From positions 28,582,001 through 28,646,000 of the forward strand of contig NC_043001.1 in NCBI RefSeq assembly GCF_006345805.1: 64,000 nucleotides of DNA, in the 5' to 3' direction. The notes under the pieces are model-generated. The model had not been told where the DNA came from, searched no databases, and worked only from the letters and a program-made list of their open reading frames with translations. This DNA is from Octopus sinensis (Eukaryota). Both the position numbers and the translations under genes were made by a program. Shown piece by piece: positions 13,867-26,721 of this stretch (position 1 is its first letter; each line of letters begins with the position of its first letter).

Positions 13867-14147
13867 ATCTATCATCATCTACTTATTTTAGTGACTGGAT
13901 TGCAGCCTTGTGGAGACACCACCACCTTGAAGGGTTTGATAAAACAAATCAACCTCAGTGCCCAAGAGGCATAACAAAATAAGTGGAGCAGTAAAATTTG
14001 AACTCATGGTCATATGGCCAATAGTCTAGCAAATTAAATCCACACAACATCAAGCAATATCCGATACTCTCTCGTCAACACCTAACCAAAGTATCTCAAA
14101 TAAGATATATCATGCATCTAATAAGATGGTTAATGGTATCTTCCCTA

Positions 14148-14470
14148 TAGGTGAGCTGGCAGAAATGTTAGCATGCCGGGTGAAATGCTTAGCAGTATTT
14201 CGTCTGCCGCTACGATCTGAGTTCAAATTTCGCCGAGGTCGACTTTGCTTTTCATCCTTTGGGGTCGATAAATTAAATACCAGTTACGCACTGGGGTCGA
14301 TATAATCGACTTAACCCGTTTGTCTGTCCTTGTTTGTCCTCTCTGTACTTATTTAATCGACCCTGAAAGGATGAAAGGCAAAGTCAACCTCGGCGGAATT
14401 TGAACTCAGAATATAGTGGCAGATGAAATACTGCTAAGCATTTCACCCCACGTGTGAGGCTCGCCACCTA
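14148..14470. mobile_element. SINE family B (+) fused to an inverted partial SINE B (-)
   Basis: Head ggtgagctggcagaa...gagttcaaat and core tttcatcctttcggggtcgataa (Meta-domain-like). 14345-14454 is the reverse complement of ~14175-14281. Confidence 0.85.
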
Positions 14471-14511
14471 ATATATATAGACAAACAGACTATATATATA
14501 TATAGTCTGTG

Positions 14512-14551
<40 letters not shown>

Positions 14552-14689
14552 TGCTATATATATAGTCTGTCTGTCTGTGTGGGTATATATATAGACAGGC
14601 ACACACACACGTGTGTGTGTGTATATACACATACATACACACGCACATGTATATATGTGTGTCTACATATATATATATATATAAATACT

Positions 14690-14930
14690 AGAGCACTCTG
14701 TTGGTTATGACGACAAGGGTCCCTTAACGTATCTCTCAGGGAGATTCAGCATGACACAGAGTGTGACAAGGCTGGCCATTTGAAATACAGGTACTAATCA
14801 TTTTCGCCAGCTGAGCGGACTGGAACAGCGTGAAATAAAGTGTCTTGCTCAAGGACACAACGTGTCACCGGGAATTGAACTCACGATCGTCAGTTGAATG
14901 TCCTAACCACTAAGCCACAGGCCTTCACTA
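14690..14930 (-). mobile_element. tRNA-derived SINE family C
   Basis: Minus strand reads gtgaaggc-tggcttagtggttag...gagttcaattccc...ccttgagcaagacactt. Relatives at 36585-36912(-), 37210-37545(+) and ~62170-62395(-). Confidence 0.8.
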
Positions 14931-16259
14931 TATGAATATATATATATGTGGATGGATAGATGGATATTTGTCTCCTTTCCTTGACATCACATGAATAGCT
15001 GTAGCTGAAACTGTTATATGAGCAGTGTCACTTCCAATATTCAGCCAAAACATCTCTGGCCATGGCAAAATATATCACCTTGCTTGGGAATAGGTGACGG
15101 TTGACAACAAGAAAGGGCATCCAGCTGTAGAAATTCTGCTTCAATAAATTTCAGACAATTCATGCAAGGAAGGTAAAATGAACATTAAAATGTTGATGAT
15201 GATGATGATAACTATGATGATGATAACTACGATGATGATGAGGATGATGATGATGATGATGATGATGATATAATCAATCCTCTCTCTCAGAAACTGTATC
15301 TCTCTAGAATTTACTTGCATCTGATTTATGCATTTACACATTACATTCATTACAAACCCCTGAGACTTTAGAGGTCATGATGCACACATCCCTTCTGCTC
15401 TTTTGTGAGCCATCACTAATGGATTTATGAAAGCTTTTCCCTTCTCTCTCTCCCATGAAGAAGGAAGTGGAAAATGTTTACTGAAACTTAACCGAATCAG
15501 ACTAGATAATGAACCATAAATTAGATAAAGATAAATGGTTACACCCAGTACACAGCTGTATAATAATTATTTCTTAATTAACCTAGACATCCTAGTAATA
15601 TAAGGAAAGAGAAACTGAAAACTTGCAGCAACGATATTTCATCCCAGGTGAAGAAAATATTATGTTGTACCAAAGGTCTACCACAGAAGAAAAAAATTAA
15701 CAGATGCTGCACTTGATGTTAGGGTTGGTTCTTGAATGTCGAGAGCTCATCCTAATGAAGTCAATAGAATAAAAAGCAAGTAGCTACAGATGTTTATCTT
15801 CATATCTTTTACTTGTTTCAGTTTATTAGACTGCAGCCCTGCTGGGGCATCACCTTGAAGAATTTTAGTTGAATGAATAAACCCCCACCATACTTGTTCT
15901 TTTTTATTTTATTTATTTATTTTCTTGTAAAGCCTGGTACCTATGCAATCGGTCGTTTTCGGCTAAACTGTTAAGTTGCAGGGGAGTAAACATGCCAACA
16001 CTAGTTGCAAAGTAGTCGTAGGGGACAAACACATACAAAAACTCACACACATACACATACATACATGTATATATGAAGGGCTTCTTTCAGTTTCCATCTA
16101 TCAAATTTACTCACAACTCTTTGGTCGACCCAAAGTGTCATGCAGTAGGACCTGAACCCAGAACCATGTGGTTGGGAAGTAATCTTCTTTATTCATATTA
16201 TTTGCCACAAGGGCATTACATGGAAGGGAAACTGCGGGTTGGACATAGACATAATGTTA

Positions 16260-16820
16260 TATGAAATGACAAACGAAAATGATGATTAATGAGGGCAACA
16301 AGCAATGCCCGCCAATTGCTGCTTACCCGAGAACATTAATCTTTTATAATTTCACACATGAGGCAACAAACCTCTAACATTGTTCACAATTCAAAAAACA
16401 AAATGAGACACTAAGCCTCTTACTTTTATTTTCAATTATAAACTTTCATGCCCGACCAGGCTCCTCGACTCATTCAAACACCTGAACGGTTACCAAGTCG
16501 GGTCACTTTAACATAAATCTAAAAGTGCCCTCGTGGAAGGAGTTCACCACCTTGCACAAACTGGTCTCCCATATGACCTCCACAGCCACCTGCAAAGGCT
16601 AGTCAGGGTCCTCAGTGCAGAATAGAATCCCTTCCCTCCGGCCTTTCTTTTTAAACTTCTTAAAGCTTTTCAATGACCCTCCCTTATGGAAGGGGTTCAC
16701 AAACTCCTCATTCTTAGCATAGGAAGGGCTTACAGTTTCTACCTTCGGTGACACAACTCCAATCAAAGGTGCTTCGGGACATGCCAGCAGTGTCACAAAC
16801 CACAATGTCTTGTTTTTCTT
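16260..16820 (-). pseudogene. Possible degenerate L1/Tx1-like LINE C-terminal fragment
   Basis: Minus-strand translation with stops gives TLLACPEA...VAVEVIWETSL...FRFMLK, resembling the C-terminal zinc-knuckle/IW region of Tx1-type ORF2. The segment is GC-richer than its flanks. Confidence 0.35.
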
Positions 16821-17456
16821 TTTCTCCCCCCCCCCTTGAGTGGTAAACTTCTTACCACAGAGCCACACCTGCATCTAACAACAGCATTTATCAAAATCAA
16901 TTGTAAATATCTTTGACAAATGGATTTTGAACCTAAGGTAGTAAACTACACCTCTGTATTGTATTATTTATAGCAAACTAATTTGGGTCATTGCCAGTCA
17001 AATAAAACCCATGAACATTTCTTTCATACACAGCCTGATTAAATAATCCAAGTTCACTGAGTGTGGCTGGGAAAGAAACAAATGTTTCTCAGTTTGAAGT
17101 TGATTGAACTGGGTTTAGGGATTAGTACACCTGAAGCATTATGAGAGAAGTCATTTTTAATTAAGAGCACTTGCAAGTACAATGATTGTTAACATTTCAA
17201 AACATCTTTTGTTGTGGTTGTTGTTGTTACATAGTTATTATTACTTGTATTGTTCCCCCTCATCCTTCGCCCTTGTGGCAAATACATGAAATCATTATTA
17301 TTATTATTATTATTATTATTAAGGTGGTGAGCGGGCACAATCATAAGCGCAACAGACAAAATGCTTAGTGACATTTCTACCAGCTTTACATTCTAGGTCC
17401 AGATTCCACCAAAACTGACTTTCTCTTTTATCCTTTCAGATTTGATAAGTTCCAGA

Positions 17457-17632
17457 CATCATCATCATCATCGTTTAACGTCCGCTTTCCATGCTAGCAT
17501 GGGTTGGACGATTTTGACTGAGGGCTGGCGAACCAGATGGTTGCACCAGTCTCCAATCTTGATTTGGCAGAGTTTCTACAGCTGGATGCCCTTCCTAATG
17601 CCAACCACTCCGATAGTTAAGTGGGTGCTCTT
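17457..17632 (-). mobile_element. RTE LINE 3' fragment
   Basis: (CAT)n followed by cgtttaacgtccgctttccatgctagcatggg. Confidence 0.85.
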
Positions 17633-17639
17633 TGACAAA

Positions 17640-18028
17640 TGGAGGTGTAAGTAGCTTGCTTACCAACCACATGGTTCCGAGTTCAGTCCCACTGCATCGC
17701 AACTTGGGCAAGTGTCTTCTACTATAGCTTCGGGCGACCAAAGCCTTGTGAGTGGATTTGGTAGATGGAAACTGAAAGAAGCCTGTCATATATATGTATA
17801 TATATGCATGTGTGTGTGTGTATATGTTTGTGTGTCTCTGTTTGTCCCCCCAACATCGCTTGACAACCGATGGTAGTGTGTTTATGTCCCTGTAACTTAG
17901 CAGTTCGGCAAAAGAGACCGATAAGATAAAGTACTAGGCTTACAAAGAATAAGTCCTGGGGTCGAATTGCTTGGCTAAAGACGGTGCTCCAGCATGGCCG
18001 CAGTCCAGTGACTGAAACAAGTAAAGAT
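17640..18028 (+). mobile_element. tRNA-derived SINE family A
   Basis: Family A motifs are present. Confidence 0.88.
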
Positions 18029-19063
18029 ATGAATAATCTGAATGCTAAAGGGTTAAAGGTATATATGTCTATGGGGGTATTCAACTACTTGTATGCTGAA
18101 TTAGTGTGTAAAACAGTTCAGTTTAGTTGGATTAACAAATGAACATTCAACCAAAACTGACAGCAATCCACATTTCTATCTAAAGTGTCTTTCCAGGTGA
18201 AATTAGTACAGTGCGAGTTTGAGGAAGATTTTTAGCTGGTGTTTCTAGCAGGTCCGGTGATCAATTACAGGCCTCCCTCTCTGACCAGTATTGAAGTTAG
18301 ATGAAGTTAGATGGGAGTGGCTATGCATGTCTTCCACAAGAAGATTTATGCAGTTAATAGTCATTACATCCTGGAATTTGGAATAGCTAACAGTAACTAG
18401 CATAGAAACTACATTATGGTGTGCGGGGAGGGGGGGTATTGTTGCCATGGTGGTAGTGGTGGTCATTGTTGCCATGGTGATAGTGATGGTCACCGGTTGC
18501 CATGGTATTATTGGAGGTGGTGGTGGTGGTTATTGTTATGGTATTGGTGGTGGAAGTGAAGGTGGTGGTGGTGTTGGTGGTGGTGGTCATTATTGTGATG
18601 GTGTTGGTGATGATGGCAGGGATTTGTACTTTGGCTCAAGACTAAACATCAAGGAAATTAGTGTAATCAACCTAATCAAATTCAGCAATTGATGGTACTT
18701 AATTCACTGACCCTGACCCTGGAAAGTATAAATTGTTAAAGTGGACTCCAAGCAGGGTTTGAATTCAAAACATAAACAAAATACCATAAAATGTCAAGTT
18801 TGATTTATTACTCTCCTGACTTGTACCAAAAACCAGCATAGGTAGTGGCAATAATCCTATCTCTTTTTTGCAGTTCTTGTAGGTGTGGTTGTTGTGGTGG
18901 TGGTAGTATTAAAAATTATGAGAGAGGGCGTAGAGCACAGAATTTTTTTTACTATAAGTGACCACCAACTTTGTCTTTTCCTTATATATTTACTCTTTTA
19001 CTTGTTTCAGTCATTTGACAGCAGCCATGTTGGAGCACCACCTTTAGTTGAGCAAATCAAACC

Positions 19064-21015
19064 CTAGGAGACAGGTCTATCTAGCCAGAGGGGAAGCAGA
19101 TAAGAGAAAATTTGCCAATGTCCTGCGCCGTGAGGATGAAAGACTTGAGGTATTTCGTGTTGCAAGACAGTGTGTGAGAGAGAATCGTGATGTGGTAGGA
19201 GAGAAATGTGTTCGCATGGAGGATGGTTCACTTGCGCTAAATGAGGATGCAAAGAGAGAAGCTTGGAGACGCCACTATGAAAGGTTACTGAATGAGGAAA
19301 ATGAATGGGATAAAGAGAGTCTGCCGAATGTTGACCCTACAGAGGGACCAGCTATCCGAGTTGATAGTTCCGTGGTAGCTAAGGCAATTAGAAGCATGAA
19401 GACAGGGAAAGCCCCAGGCCCATCAGGAATTACTGCAGAGATGCTCAAAATATCTGGCAGTGTCGGCTATAACCTAGTCACCCGTATAGTCAACCAGGTG
19501 ATACACGAAGGAGTCATACCCAATGACTGGTGTAGCAGCATAATAGTCAACTGCTACAAAGGTAAAGGTGATGCCCTAGATACAAATAATTACAGAGGTA
19601 TCAAGCTGTTGGATCAAGTAATGAAGGTTACGGAGAGGGTCATAGCCCAACTAATTAGAGAGAGAGTTAGTTTAGATGAGATGCAGTTTGGGTTCGTGCC
19701 AGGAAAAAGTACCACTGATGCTATATTCCTGGTAAGGCAGCTGCAGGAGAAATACCTAGCCAAAGATAAGCCCCTGTACCTAGCTTTCGTTGACATGGAG
19801 AAAGCTTTTGATAGGGTCCCCCGATCCCTTATCTGGTGGTCAATGAGGAAACTAGGGATAGATGAATGGCTGGTGAGGACTGTGCAAGCCATGTACAGAG
19901 ATGCCGTAAGTAAGGTTAGGGTTGGCAACATGTACACAGAAGAATTCAAAGTAGAGGTTGGGGTCCACCAGGGTTCAGTACTCAGCCCCCTCCTATTTAT
20001 CATAGTACTCCAGGCAATTACGGAGGAATTCAAGACAGGCTGTCCCTGGGAGCTCCTCTACGCTGACGACCTTGCTCTTATTGCTGAGTCACTATCAGAA
20101 CTGGAGGAGAAGTTCCAGGTGTGGAAGGAGGGTTTAGAATCAAGGGGCCTTAGAGTCAACCTAGCTAAAACCAAAGTACTAATAAGTAGAAAGGTAGACA
20201 ATCCACAAATATCTTCAGGAAGATGGCCCTGCTCGATCTGTAGAAAAGGTGTAGGTAGAAACTCTATAAGATGTACCCAGTGTAAGCTATGGACACATAA
20301 GAGGTGCAGCAATGTCAAAGGTAGGCTAACTGGGAAGATAGTTTTTGTATGTGGCAGATGCTCGGGAGCATTAACCTCCGAAAATCTGCAGAAAACAACT
20401 TCCGTCACTTTCCAGGGGGAAAAACTAGAAGTAGTTGATAGCTTCCGTTATCTAGGTGACCAAGTCAGTAGTGGGGGTGGGTGCGCTGAAAGTGTAACTG
20501 CTAGAATAAGAATAGCCTGGGCAAAGTTTAGGGAGCTCTTACCTCTGCTGGTGACTAAAGGCCTCTCGCTCAGAGTAAAAGGCAGACTGTATGATGCGTG
20601 TGTACGAACAGCCATGCTACATGGCAGCGAAACATGGGCTGTGACTGCTGAGGACATGCGTAAGCTCGTGAGGAATGAAGCCAGTATGCTCTGATGGATG
20701 TGTAATGTCAGTGTACATACTCGACAGAGCGTTAGCACCTTGAGAGAAATGTTGTACCTAAGAAGCATCAGTTGTGGTGTGCAAGAGAGACGATTGCGCT
20801 GGTATGGTCATGTGGCGAGAATGGATGAAGATAGGTGTGTGAGAAAGTGCCAATCCCTAGCAGTTGAGGGAACCCGTGGAAGAGGTAGACCCAGGAAAAC
20901 CTGGGACGAGGTGGTGAAGCACGACCTTCGAACTTTAGGCCTCACTGAGGAAATGACCAGAGACCGAGACCTTTGGAAATATTCTGTACGTGAGAAGACC
21001 AGGCAGGACAAGTGA
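19064..21015 (+). pseudogene. RTE-clade reverse transcriptase (5'-truncated, no endonuclease) with one in-frame stop at 20692-20694
   Basis: Motifs GKAPGPSGITAEM, NYRGIKLL, QFGFVPGKSTTDAIF, FVDMEKAFDRV, GVHQGSVLSPLLF, LLYADDL, FRYLG, HGSETW, RRLRWYGHVARM and RGRGRPRKTW. ORFs 19048-20694 and 20698-21015 are in the same frame; the stop is probably a CGA>TGA change. Confidence 0.95.
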
Positions 21016-21129
21016 GCCCAGCCCACTTATGAATGCCTTTCCTCCCTTGGACACAAAGACCGGTTGAGGCAAGCGAAGTCGATATAGAACCTCATCCGAC
21101 GACAGACACCCATCCCAACCCCCCATGCT

Positions 21130-21712
21130 TGCGAAGACATGTTGGGGCAAGCGAAATCGAAATCGAAATCGAAACCGAATTGAACCAGCCAGGATCCCTG
21201 GCCTGGTGGTACGTAAAAAGCACTATCCGACTCGGGGCCGTGGCACGTAAAATACTCCAATGCGACCGTACGACAGGCACCCATGCCAAACCCCTTTGCT
21301 TGTGAAGACATGTTGGGGCAAGCGAAATCGAAATCGAATTGAACCAGCCAGGATCCCTGGTCTGGTGGTACGTAAAGCACTATCCGACTCGTGGCCGTGG
21401 CACGTAAAATACTCCAATGCGACCGTACGACAGGCACCCTTGCCAACCCCCTTTGCTTGTGAAGACATGTTGGGGCAAGCGAAATCGAAATCGAATTGAA
21501 CCAGCCAGTATCCCTGGTCTGGTGGTACGTAAAGCACTATCCGACTCGTGGCCGTGGCACGTAAAATACTCCAATGCGACCGTACGACAGGCACCCTTGC
21601 CAACCCCCTTTGCTTGTGAAGACATGTTGGGGCAAGCGAAATCGAAATCGAATTGAACCAGCCAGGATCCCTGGTCTGGTGGTACGTAAAAAGCACTATC
21701 CGACTCGTGGCC
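21130..21712 (+). repeat. 157-bp tandem repeat (~3.7 copies) in the RTE 3' UTR
   Basis: Near-identical units. Equivalent ORF-track starts at 21260, 21417 and 21574 give a period of 157. Confidence 0.93.
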
Positions 21713-22177
21713 GATGCCAGCACCGCCTCGACTGGCTTCCGTGCCGGTGGCACATAAAATACACCAATCTGACCGTGGCCGTTGCCAGCCCCGCCTGGCA
21801 CCTGTGCAGGTGGCACGTAAAAAGCACCCACTACACTCACGGAGTGGTTGGCGTTAGGAAGGGCATCCAGCTGTAGAAACATTGCCAAATTAGACTGGAG
21901 CCTGGTGCAGCCTTCTGGCTTCCCAGAACCCCGGTCGAACCGTCCAACCCATGCTAGCATGGAGAACGGACGTTAAACGACGATGATGATGATGATGATA
22001 TATATAAACATATATACAACAAGCTTCTTTCAGTTTCTGCGTACCAAATCCACTCACTAGGCTTTGGTAGGCCCGAGGCTATAGCAGAAGACACTTGCGC
22101 AAGGTGCCACACAGTGGGACTGAACCTGGAACCATATTGTTGGTAAGCAAGGTACTTACCACACAGCCACTCCTGCG

Positions 22178-22210
<33 letters not shown>

Positions 22211-22519
22211 AGCACTCACTTCTTGTTCTTCAAGACAAATTTTCAATGCAGCCATTGCAAGTGCACACACACACACACACACATATACACAGAGGGAGGG
22301 AGGTAGGTTGAGAGAGAGATTCAGTTGGACATGAGTTAAAATAACAAAAAAAAAACAACAGTAATAAACAAGTAAAGAAAAATATATAGTGTGATTATTT
22401 GGGGAAAAAAAAAAATGACCATCCCGAAATACAACAATATCTGTTTCAACACACGATTTCACATCAGGAATCATGCAAAATGAATTGCTATTTATATAAT
22501 ATGTATATAAATATATAAT

Positions 22520-22930
22520 ATGCAGGAGTGGCTGTATGGTTAGTAGCTTGTTTACCAACCACATGGTTCGGGGTTCAGTCCCACTGCGTGGCACCTTGGG
22601 CAAGTGTCTTCTACTATAGCCTCGGGCCGACCAAAGCCTTGTGATTGGATTTGGTAGTCGGAAACTGAAAGAAGCCCGTCGTATATATGTATATATATAT
22701 ATATGCGTGTGTGTGTTTGTGTGTCTGTATTTGTCCCTCTAGCATTGCTGGACAACCGATGCTGGTGTGTTTATGTCCCCGTTACTTAGCGGTTCGGCAA
22801 AAGAGACCGATAAAATAAGTACTGGGCTTACAAAAGAATAAGTCCCGGGGTCGAGTTGCTCGATTAAAGGCGGTGCTCCAGCATGGCCGCAGTCAAATGA
22901 CTGAAACAAGTAAAAGAGTAAAGAGAGTAT
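22520..22930 (+). mobile_element. tRNA-derived SINE family A, young copy
   Basis: Full-length match to the family. Confidence 0.92.
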
Positions 22931-23814
22931 ATATATATATATATTCAAGTACATTCTCACCCAGATTTATGCATTGAAAGCCCTGAAGAAATATAATACA
23001 ATTGTGACTGGGTTAGTGATAAAGTAACAACCAACACCACAATGTTACTCAGTTTAAACTGGAAACTGAATAAGTCTTATTGTTAAATACTTTTCACAAA
23101 AGGAACAAAGAGAAAATGAGGAAGGGAAAAAGAGAAATGGGCTGTGGCTAGATTATAAGCTTCATGTCTCTCAACACCTTTATTTTTGTTTCTTGTGTAT
23201 AATAAGGTAATGTAATTTGACACACCACCTGAGGCAGATCAGAGATCTTCAGCATCAAATAGGTAAGTTTTAATGCTTCGCTTATAATATTAAGAATTAC
23301 TGATTTAAATAGCAAAGATATTACCTGAGAATAATCACTGAAGTTCAAAGTGACTACAGGTGACCTGCTGAGAGGGAGGTAAAGAGGCTGAGTGGGGGAG
23401 GGAGAAAAGTTGAGAGGGGAAGAGCTGAGAGGGGGAGGAAGAGAAGCTGAGAGGGGGAGGAAGAGAAGCTGAGAGGGGGAGGAAGAGAAGCTGAGAGAGA
23501 GAGAGAGGGGGGAAGAGAGAGAGGGGGTGCAGTTTAAAACAATGAAATATGTATTGATGTAAGGTTCTTGTTTAAGTTCAGCTAGGGTGTGAGTGCAAAG
23601 TGTTCCAGCCATGAACATCATCATCACCATCATTTATCATCCACTTTTCCATGTTCAAATGGGTCGGACAGAATTCACTGAGGCAGATTTTCTATGGCCT
23701 GATGCCCTTCCTCTGAACGAATGCTGCTTCTGTAACAGTGAGGATTGTTTACAACACTGTCACAAGAGACGCAGACACAGACATAGATACATTCATAAGC
23801 ACACAGACATGATG

Positions 23815-24075
23815 ATGATCATCATCATCGTCGTTTAATGTCCGCTTTCCATGCTAGCATGGGTTGGACGATTTGACTGAGGACTGGCAAACCAGATGGT
23901 TGCACCAGGCTCCAATCTTGATCTGGCAGAGTTTCTACAGCTGGATGCCCTTCCTAACGCCAACCACTCCAAGAGTGTAGTGGGTGCTTTTACGTGCCAC
24001 CAGCACGAAGGCCAGTCAGGCGATACTGGCAACAGCCACGCTCGAAATGGTGCTTTTTACGTCCCACCTGCACAG
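23815..24075 (-). mobile_element. RTE LINE 3' fragment
   Basis: (CAT)n tail and 3' UTR modules. Similar fragments lie at ~23612-23712 and 24809-24950. Confidence 0.85.
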
Positions 24076-24145
24076 TAGCCAGTCCAGATATGTCACCATC
24101 ATCATCATTTAACATCTGTCTTCCATGCTAATATAGGTTGGGTTA

Positions 24146-24180
<35 letters not shown>

Positions 24181-24772
24181 AAAGAAGACTCTTTTGGGCT
24201 TTGTTTACTGTGACTGTTCACAAGGCTTTTCATCAGCTCAGGGCTAGAGTAGAAAAGAAAATATATTTCCAAAGTATCACACAATGGGACCTAACATGAC
24301 ACCATATGGTTAGGAAGCAACCTTCTCAACCACTCAGCCATGCCCCACATCCTGTCTTATTTTCATATTACATGCCCTGGATAACACTTTTAAATATAGC
24401 CCCTAACTCCTGCAGTTTTTTTTTGGGGGGGGGGGTTGTTTGTTTGTTTTTTTTAAGAAGGTAAGGAGTGATTCAAAGAGAATTTGACTTATTTATTGTA
24501 GACCAACTTAGGAGCCTCTTCATTGGCTCATATAAAAAAAATGTCATATAAGGAAGTGATATGAAAATATATAGAACCCATTGTATACAATTAACATTAT
24601 TGTTTATACAGAAATAAAAAAAAATCTCAGACCATACTGATGTTGGCAAATAGTAAAAGATTGTGTAAGATAATTGAGAGATAAGATAAGATACAAATTG
24701 TAGTTTAACCCAAAGCCTACTCTTATCAAGTAGTTCTATGATCAAAGGCCTTGAAACTATGGCAGTCGTTTC

Positions 24773-24812
<40 letters not shown>

Positions 24813-24956
24813 TCATCATCGTTTAGTGTCCACTTTCCATGCTAGCATGGGTTGGACGGTTCAACTGGGGTCTGGGAAGCCAGAAGGCTGCACCAGGCCC
24901 AATCTGATCTGGCAATGTTTCTATGGCTGGATGCCCTTCCTAACGCCAATGCCTTT

Positions 24957-24957
<1 letters not shown>

Positions 24958-25042
<85 letters not shown>
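24958..25042. repeat. (TA)n microsatellite, ~85 bp
   Basis: Pure TA run, one of many in the window. Confidence 0.97.
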
Positions 25043-25049
<7 letters not shown>

Positions 25050-25263
25050 TTATTGAGATGGCACAGGGGTGGCTGTGTGGATAGGCACATGGCACAGGTG
25101 TGATTGCAAGGTAAGAATTTTGCTTCCCAACCACATGGTTTCAGGTTCAGCCTCACTGCATGACACCTTGACCAAATGTTTTCGATTTTAGCCCTCAAGC
25201 AAAAACAAAGCTTGGTAAACAGAAACTGAAAGAAACCCATTGTGTATGTATGTATGGTACATA

Positions 25264-25294
<31 letters not shown>

Positions 25295-25401
25295 ATATAT
25301 ATATATAATATATATATAAAATAATATGTGACAATTATTCAGTAGTTTTGGATGCTGAGGTGGAAATCCACACAAGAGATTTTGTTATCTTACCGTTTTT
25401 A

Positions 25402-25458
<57 letters not shown>

Positions 25459-25963
25459 ATTAGGTAATAAATCATATAGTATACACCTGGTAGCTTACTG
25501 GCAAAGCACGTTCACTTTCAGAGTTCATTGGGTATTTGATTAATGAGAGAGACGGAAGAAGGAAAATATGAATATGTTTATTGATCACTACAACAGTTTC
25601 GACCCATCTAACTAACATCAGTCCTTCATGGGTGGGATACTCAATAACTGGTTTAGGGGTACTCCTCAGTGTATTTGTGTCTCTTCAGCTGATTACAAGA
25701 TGTATCTCATTAATTAATGTCTGCTCTGCAAGATTTATTTCTCAGTCAAAGCAATTGCAGTAATCAATAAACATGCTTGTATCTTCCATCTTCTGTCTTT
25801 CTCATTAATCATATGTGTGTGTGTGTGTGTGTGTCAATAAATTGTGGGGTTGTGTTAACCGCACATGGAGAAAGGATAGGAAAGGATTTCCACCTCGGCA
25901 TCCGAAACTCGGAGTTTTATCATGGCTACCGAATAATTGTCACATATTACATTTACAGATATA

Positions 25964-26012
<49 letters not shown>

Positions 26013-26030
26013 TATATATATATATATACA

Positions 26031-26065
<35 letters not shown>

Positions 26066-26721
26066 CACACACACAAACACATATATACACATATATATAT
26101 ATGCGCATGCTGTTAACATCTATTTGTCTTGACTTCGCATGATGCTTGTATTACCATCATGGAAGATTGGAAACGAAGGACTCAGCTCATGCAAGCTGAG
26201 TCCTTCGTTTCCAATCTTCCATGAAAACATCCCTGGTTATGGAGAAATATTACCTTACTTGGAAACAGGTGAGTGTTGGCAAGGAAGGATATCCATTTGT
26301 AGAAAAATATGTCACAACAAATTCTGTCTGACTCATACAAGACTGGAAAAGTAGATGTTAAAACGATGATGATGATGCCTAGAACTACATAATCTAATGT
26401 AATCTTTTGTTGTTGAAGACAGACAGACATGTGATTTACAGGAGATTTGTCTGTTATTTCTAGCCAGTTAAGTGACTTTGTTGACTTCAGTGGAAGTAGA
26501 AGAATAGTATACAAAAGTGATCATGGAACTGTTTTCCTTATTAATTTAAAGCTTAACCAGGAGGATGGGACTGTGTCCAGAACATAGACAGCTGAAAAAA
26601 AAATCAATGTGATTTATGTTCAGTTTGAACATCTTTAAGTTAAGGTCAGCATTAGAAAAAAAAAAATAATAATCTTCGGTACAAAGGAAATCCTAGACAA
26701 TTGATGTTTTTTAGAATACGG

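Larger units (their letters stand above)
19064..21999 (+). mobile_element. Young 5'-truncated RTE-clade LINE with long repeat-containing 3' UTR and (GAT)n tail
   Basis: RT ORF to 21015, 3' UTR 21016-21978, then the tail gacgatgatgat. It is inserted into a minus-strand SINE A whose halves lie at 18987-19069 and ~22001-22181. Confidence 0.95.

Noticed and set aside
18245-18692. Gly-rich or Thr-rich ORFs
   Set aside because: Degenerate (GGT)/(GAT) microsatellite with no splice or domain support.
21027-21960. Overlapping ORFs and a CRISPR-like periodic array
   Set aside because: The units are full tandem repeats without unique spacers, lie in a eukaryotic LINE 3' UTR, and have no cas genes nearby.
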